Source: an uncultured euryarchaeote (lineage in GTDB: Archaea > Thermoplasmatota > Poseidoniia > Poseidoniales > Poseidoniaceae). Taken from it: a stretch of 59,110 bases of DNA. The notes beneath the pieces are model-generated. The model was given only the letters and a program-made list of their open reading frames with translations. It had not been told where the DNA came from and ran no database searches. The stretch covers positions 1 through 59,110 of the forward strand of contig CALBFP010000303.1 in NCBI GenBank assembly GCA_937894115.1, in the 5' to 3' direction. Positions 55,492 through 59,110 of the stretch are shown here, piece after piece (position 1 is the stretch's first letter; every line of letters begins with the position of its first letter). The translations under genes and the position numbers were made by a program.

Positions 55492-56355
55492 TTATAGTAC
55501 CTTGATTGAAGTCTCGGCAAAACGGTCCGAGTTTTGCTCGTTTTGTGCGATTCCATCGACGAGAATCATGTGAGGGACAGTAAGGGCAGCGAGACCTATG
55601 AAGACGATTTGCAACAGAGCAGGCTCAAACCCAACAGATGTCGAATGGTGGGCTAAAACCACCAATCCTGCAGTCCAAGTCATGATTGAGAAGAGTACTG
55701 TTGTTCGTGTGATTTGTATTTTTTGTATGGTCGATTTCAGCATTTCACCCATGTGTTTGAAGTGACGTACGGAATGGATGCAGCAGAAATAGATGGCAAA
55801 ACCAAGCAGCGGTGGTGCGATTGCAAATACGGCGATGAGAATTGAAATTTCAACGCCGATGTTCCAACGTTCTCGACCCGTTTTCGAGAACAAAACGAAC
55901 GGAATCAGAACCAACGTAAGGACGCCGATGGCTTGCAAAAAGTACCATACGAGCTCGGTGTTTGATCCGGTAAGGACTCTGAATATCGCATCAGCGTCTG
56001 AACGATGAAACAGACTGATTCCAGCAAGAACAAGACCTCCGCGCATGAACACCTCTGAAAGTTCGTGCTCCTTATCTCGTGGAACAACGTCTCCACGGCC
56101 GAAATGGAACAAACTAATGGTCAAAAATGCGAGAAAACCGACGGTTGGCATGAGAACCCACAAACCAACAACAAAGGCAGCGATACCGACGTATGCCAGA
56201 AGGAACATTGCCGCTTTCAACGGACGGTTCATCCACCCTAGATGGATGGCTAGAGCTCCGTCCATCGCACCGTGCGGTAGACCGATAAAGACCACAGCCA
56301 TCAAGGCAAGAAGATTGAGGTGATCGATACTGAACAACTCGAGCAGAAGACTCAT
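55492..56355 (-). CDS. blh: Brp/Blh-family beta-carotene 15,15'-dioxygenase (retinal synthase)
   Basis: 287 aa polytopic protein. It has the N-terminal GLPHGAMDG motif, conserved His residues (FHFGRGD, CIHSVRH), and ATGA coupling to crtY. Confidence 0.8.
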   Translation of the reverse strand: MSLLLELFSIDHLNLLALMAVVFIGLPHGAMDGALAIHLGWMNRPLKAAMFLLAYVGIAAFVVGLWVLMPTVGFLAFLTISLFHFGRGDVVPRDKEHELSEVFMRGGLVLAGISLFHRSDADAIFRVLTGSNTELVWYFLQAIGVLTLVLIPFVLFSKTGRERWNIGVEISILIAVFAIAPPLLGFAIYFCCIHSVRHFKHMGEMLKSTIQKIQITRTTVLFSIMTWTAGLVVLAHHSTSVGFEPALLQIVFIGLAALTVPHMILVDGIAQNEQNSDRFAETSIKVL

Positions 56356-57440
56356 GACACCACCTTTTGAGGTCGTTGGAACAAGTGTTTGGAGACGCCT
56401 TTGATGAACGGAAGTTTGGGCATTGCCATGACGACTTTCATCCGCAATCTCCAGTTCGCTTGACCGCTCATGAAGCGCACAAACTCGTCACCTGTAAGTG
56501 ACGCAGCCATGCGCTCGAACAGTTGAGGACCTTGTTGTGGCCAGTTGCGCAAGACCGTTAAAAGAACGGAATCCATCCAAACATCAACAGCCTTGTGAGG
56601 GCGTTTGAATCGCAATGGTTTGCCTTGTTGTGCTCTCCTTACAGCACGTTGAATTTGTTGGTGTATGAAGACGAAGGTGTATCCACTGGCTGGGCGGATT
56701 GCTCCTGCATTGGCACCAAGCCCGGGAATGTTCGTATCATGTGGAGACAGGGTTCCCATTGGTATGACTCCCTGTTCTTCGTGAATAACACGTTGAATGG
56801 AAGCACCATAGTGATCGTGAAGGTAGTCGATGATGGTGTTCGTATAGTACTCTCGATCCAACACATCGGTGCTGAACAACGTGGATTCAACAAGCGCTTG
56901 CGTGGGTGAATACGGTAACAGGTAAACGAAGTGCATACCGTGGCTTTGATCGACGCGGAAATCCATCAAAATCGCCGTGGACGCATCAAACACGGCTTTG
57001 TCTACCTCAATCTCTTGGCCGACAAAATGCTGGAGCATGGCGTTTGGACTTGCTCGTGGAGGGCGGGAATCAAATGTGAGTGCTTCCTTGTTGGTTTTGG
57101 ACGCCTTTTGTTCGACAAAGGAAACGCCGTGTTCTTCGGCTTTGTTTCGAGCATTTTGCACAAAGTCCGCCTTATGCATGATGTGATATGCGTGTTTTTC
57201 TGAATGCATAACCGAGGTTTTGGTGTTGGTTATAATTGACCATTTTGACCATGAAGCCCTTGAGCAATCAACAGCAAATTCGAGGCCTTCGGTGTTCCAG
57301 AATCCAAGCATATGATCTCGAGCCATGGGTGCGCCCTCAGGGTGGAGGATGCTGATTTCATGTTGCGGAATGCGGTCGGCCATGGAAGCAAGCATCATCG
57401 CTGCTATACCATCGCCGATGACGTGTGTTTTCATCCCCAT
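56352..57440 (-). CDS. crtY: Lycopene beta-cyclase (CrtY/CrtL type, FAD fold)
   Basis: It has a dinucleotide-fold N-terminus (HVIGDGIAAMMLAS) and lycopene-cyclase-like length and context. The start is 57440, or 57434 with ATGA overlap of the crtB stop. The longer track ORF overlaps crtB. Confidence 0.7.
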   Translation of the reverse strand: MGMKTHVIGDGIAAMMLASMADRIPQHEISILHPEGAPMARDHMLGFWNTEGLEFAVDCSRASWSKWSIITNTKTSVMHSEKHAYHIMHKADFVQNARNKAEEHGVSFVEQKASKTNKEALTFDSRPPRASPNAMLQHFVGQEIEVDKAVFDASTAILMDFRVDQSHGMHFVYLLPYSPTQALVESTLFSTDVLDREYYTNTIIDYLHDHYGASIQRVIHEEQGVIPMGTLSPHDTNIPGLGANAGAIRPASGYTFVFIHQQIQRAVRRAQQGKPLRFKRPHKAVDVWMDSVLLTVLRNWPQQGPQLFERMAASLTGDEFVRFMSGQANWRLRMKVVMAMPKLPFIKGVSKHLFQRPQKVVS

Positions 57441-58375
57441 GTCCCACCTTGATTTTTGTAGGATACGATGGAAGTGTGGAGATGCTTGTTGTGTGGTTTC
57501 CTCGGGTGTGGGAAACGGCGAAACAAACTCATTGTTGCTCGAATCGTACAGAGTATTTTGCTCACTTTCGAGGTGACTTGGCGAGGACCGTGCCAAGAAT
57601 GCTTTGAACGCAGAATTTGAATCCCAATTTGTCGGTAGACCTTTGCAGCGACACCGATGGAAAAGTGGGCACGAGGTGGAAGATACGACAAACCTGTTCG
57701 ACCACTCGCATAGTATCGTTCGGCCAACCAGAGCAATCGTTGAACTGCGTCCGTGATGAGAAGCGCTTCATGAGATTGAGGATTCTTCGCTGCTTCGATG
57801 ATTTGCGTTGGAGTCATGTTGTTGACCCACGTTCCAGGGAGATATCTGCGACCCATTTTCGCATCTTCAAGTACATCTCGAGCGATGTTTGTGAGTTGCA
57901 TACCGATACCCAAATCGATGGCGTGAGGCTTGGCTCGTGGTTCATCGGTATTGAGGACGTCACACATCAGCAAACCAACGGTTCCAGCAACTTTGTAGGC
58001 GTATTGAATCAAGTCTTCCTCATCGCTGATGAGAACTTCAGGTGCTTGGTCGTCGAGCAAACCTTCGACCAGAGATGAGACGACATTGGTCGACAATCCG
58101 TATTCTTCAACCATGTCCGAGAACTGATCGAGGAGAGGATGTTCGCCCCATTCGCCCTGCTTCAGTCTGGATTGGATGATGGAGAGATGTTCTGGTCCGT
58201 TTTCGATATCGCCATCGGCCATGTCGTCCAACACACGACAGAACGAGTAAAGTCGTGCAGCATCGTGACCCATTTTGTTGCCAAGGAACCTTCGTGCCCA
58301 ATGGAAACTTTCACCGCTTGTGGCGAGGATGTATTCGGGGTTGTCAATTTCAATTGTATTCACCATCGCCTTCAC
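57431..58375 (-). CDS. crtB: Phytoene synthase
   Basis: 314 aa with SFHWARRFL, YSFCRVLDDMAD (first Asp-rich motif), YKVAGTVG and QLTNIARDVLEDAKMGRRYLP (second motif). Confidence 0.92.
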   Translation of the reverse strand: MKAMVNTIEIDNPEYILATSGESFHWARRFLGNKMGHDAARLYSFCRVLDDMADGDIENGPEHLSIIQSRLKQGEWGEHPLLDQFSDMVEEYGLSTNVVSSLVEGLLDDQAPEVLISDEEDLIQYAYKVAGTVGLLMCDVLNTDEPRAKPHAIDLGIGMQLTNIARDVLEDAKMGRRYLPGTWVNNMTPTQIIEAAKNPQSHEALLITDAVQRLLWLAERYYASGRTGLSYLPPRAHFSIGVAAKVYRQIGIQILRSKHSWHGPRQVTSKVSKILCTIRATMSLFRRFPHPRKPHNKHLHTSIVSYKNQGGTWG

Positions 58376-58397
58376 CGCTTTGAAATGGTCATTCCGC

Positions 58398-58407
58398 GCT
58401 TATAAGC
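58398..58407. promoter_or_regulatory. Palindromic TATA element GCTTATAAGC in the crtB / crtI divergent intergenic region
   Basis: This is a perfect 10-nt palindrome centred about 27 nt upstream of the crtB ATG (58375), which suggests a leaderless crtB-crtY-blh transcript. A weaker ACATTATCA lies about 27 nt upstream of the crtI ATG. Confidence 0.3.
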
Positions 58408-58479
58408 CGTTGTTTTTTGAAACGATATTTCCCATAGGGAAAAGCGAACATTATCAAGGAATGACATGGTCGCAAATCC

Positions 58480-59110
58480 ATGGCTGATTCCAATAAATTC
58501 GAGAAAAAAGCCGCAGTCATTGGCAGCGGATTTGGTGGTCTTGGGGCAGCCATCCGTCTTCAAAGCGCAGGTATCAAAACCGTGCTTTACGAAGCAAGGG
58601 ATTTGCCTGGTGGACGAGCTTACGTCTACCATGACGACGGGTTCACCTTTGATGCAGGCCCTACCGTGATCACAGCTCCACATGTTCTCACCGATTTGTT
58701 TGACCTCACGGATCGAAAATTAGAGGATTACATCAAACTCATGGAAGTCCAGCCTATGTACCGATTGATTTGGAGTGACGGCGATCGATTCGACTATGTC
58801 CGAGATGAAGCCACCATGGTCAAACAAATTGCTGAGCGTAGTCAGTCCGATGCTGAAGGCTATCAGAAGTTCTTTGAATACGCGAAGAAGGTCTTTCACA
58901 AAGGATACACAGAACTTGCAGATCGACCGTTTCTCAAGTTTTCTGACATGATGGCAGTTTCACCATCGCTCATCAAATTGCGAGCAGATCGATCCGTGTA
59001 CAAGACCATCTCGAAGTATGTCAAAGACGACCATCTTCGACAAGCACTCAGTTTCCATTCCTTGCTGGTTGGAGGCAATCCCTTCCAAACCTCATCGATT
59101 TACACGCTGA
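58480..59110 (+). CDS. crtI: Phytoene desaturase, N-terminal part (ORF runs off the right edge)
   Basis: My own translation gives MADSNKFEKKAAVIGSGFGGLGAAIRLQSAGIKTVLYEARDLPGGRAYVYHDDGFTFDAGPTVITAP... with a GxGxxG FAD fold. The frame stays open to the window end, so it is absent from the ORF track. Confidence 0.9.
   Translation, partial: MADSNKFEKKAAVIGSGFGGLGAAIRLQSAGIKTVLYEARDLPGGRAYVYHDDGFTFDAGPTVITAPHVLTDLFDLTDRKLEDYIKLMEVQPMYRLIWSDGDRFDYVRDEATMVKQIAERSQSDAEGYQKFFEYAKKVFHKGYTELADRPFLKFSDMMAVSPSLIKLRADRSVYKTISKYVKDDHLRQALSFHSLLVGGNPFQTSSIYTL

Overview
This is a gene-dense archaeal chromosomal segment of about 59 kb with roughly 58 protein genes and one tRNA. I saw no CRISPR array, transposase or integrase.

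Archaeal identity rests on several features:
- an rpoH-rpoB-rpoA'-rpoA''-rpl30e block with an unsplit RpoB
- S3Ae, RNase P Pop5 and PurP
- TATA-like boxes about 27 nt upstream of several ATGs, suggesting leaderless transcripts, mixed with GGAGG-type SD sites inside operons

The gene content suggests a planktonic Marine Group II / Ca. Poseidoniales-like Thermoplasmatota genome. This is inference only. It is based on the crtI / crtB-crtY-blh retinal cluster, bacterial-type PlsC acyltransferases, thyA-folA, a giant thrombospondin-type-3 repeat surface protein and aerobic Rieske/cytochrome b genes.

Main blocks, in window order:
- 0.5-6.1 kb: methylmalonyl/propionyl-CoA module (carboxyltransferase, BCCP, B12-binding mutase subunit, MeaB)
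- 6.9-11.2 kb: asnB, gshA-type ligase, membrane protein and ferredoxin operon
- 11.2-17.0 kb: five-gene Rieske/cytochrome b operon. Its last gene fuses a subunit-IV-like membrane domain to an HdrD-like Fe-S/CCG module.
- 17.1-22.1 kb: TPR protein, divergent FtsZ-like protein, Pop5, and an Mtq2-like methyltransferase fused to BirA
- 22.2-31.7 kb: tRNA-Lys followed by the RNA polymerase operon. RpoH and RpoA'' carry paralogous N-terminal domains, and RpoA' has a large insertion.
- 31.8-35.1 kb: 1115-aa surface protein
- 35.2-47.4 kb: four copies of one coiled-coil module. One copy is fused to a eukaryote-like Cid1/TRF4-type nucleotidyltransferase.
- 47.4-54.8 kb: housekeeping genes, including pdxS, S3Ae with a SAP-domain tail, MTAP, MazG, folA, thyA and plsC
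- 54.8-59.1 kb: retinal and carotenoid genes

All calls come from reading the translations and motifs by eye. No database search was run.
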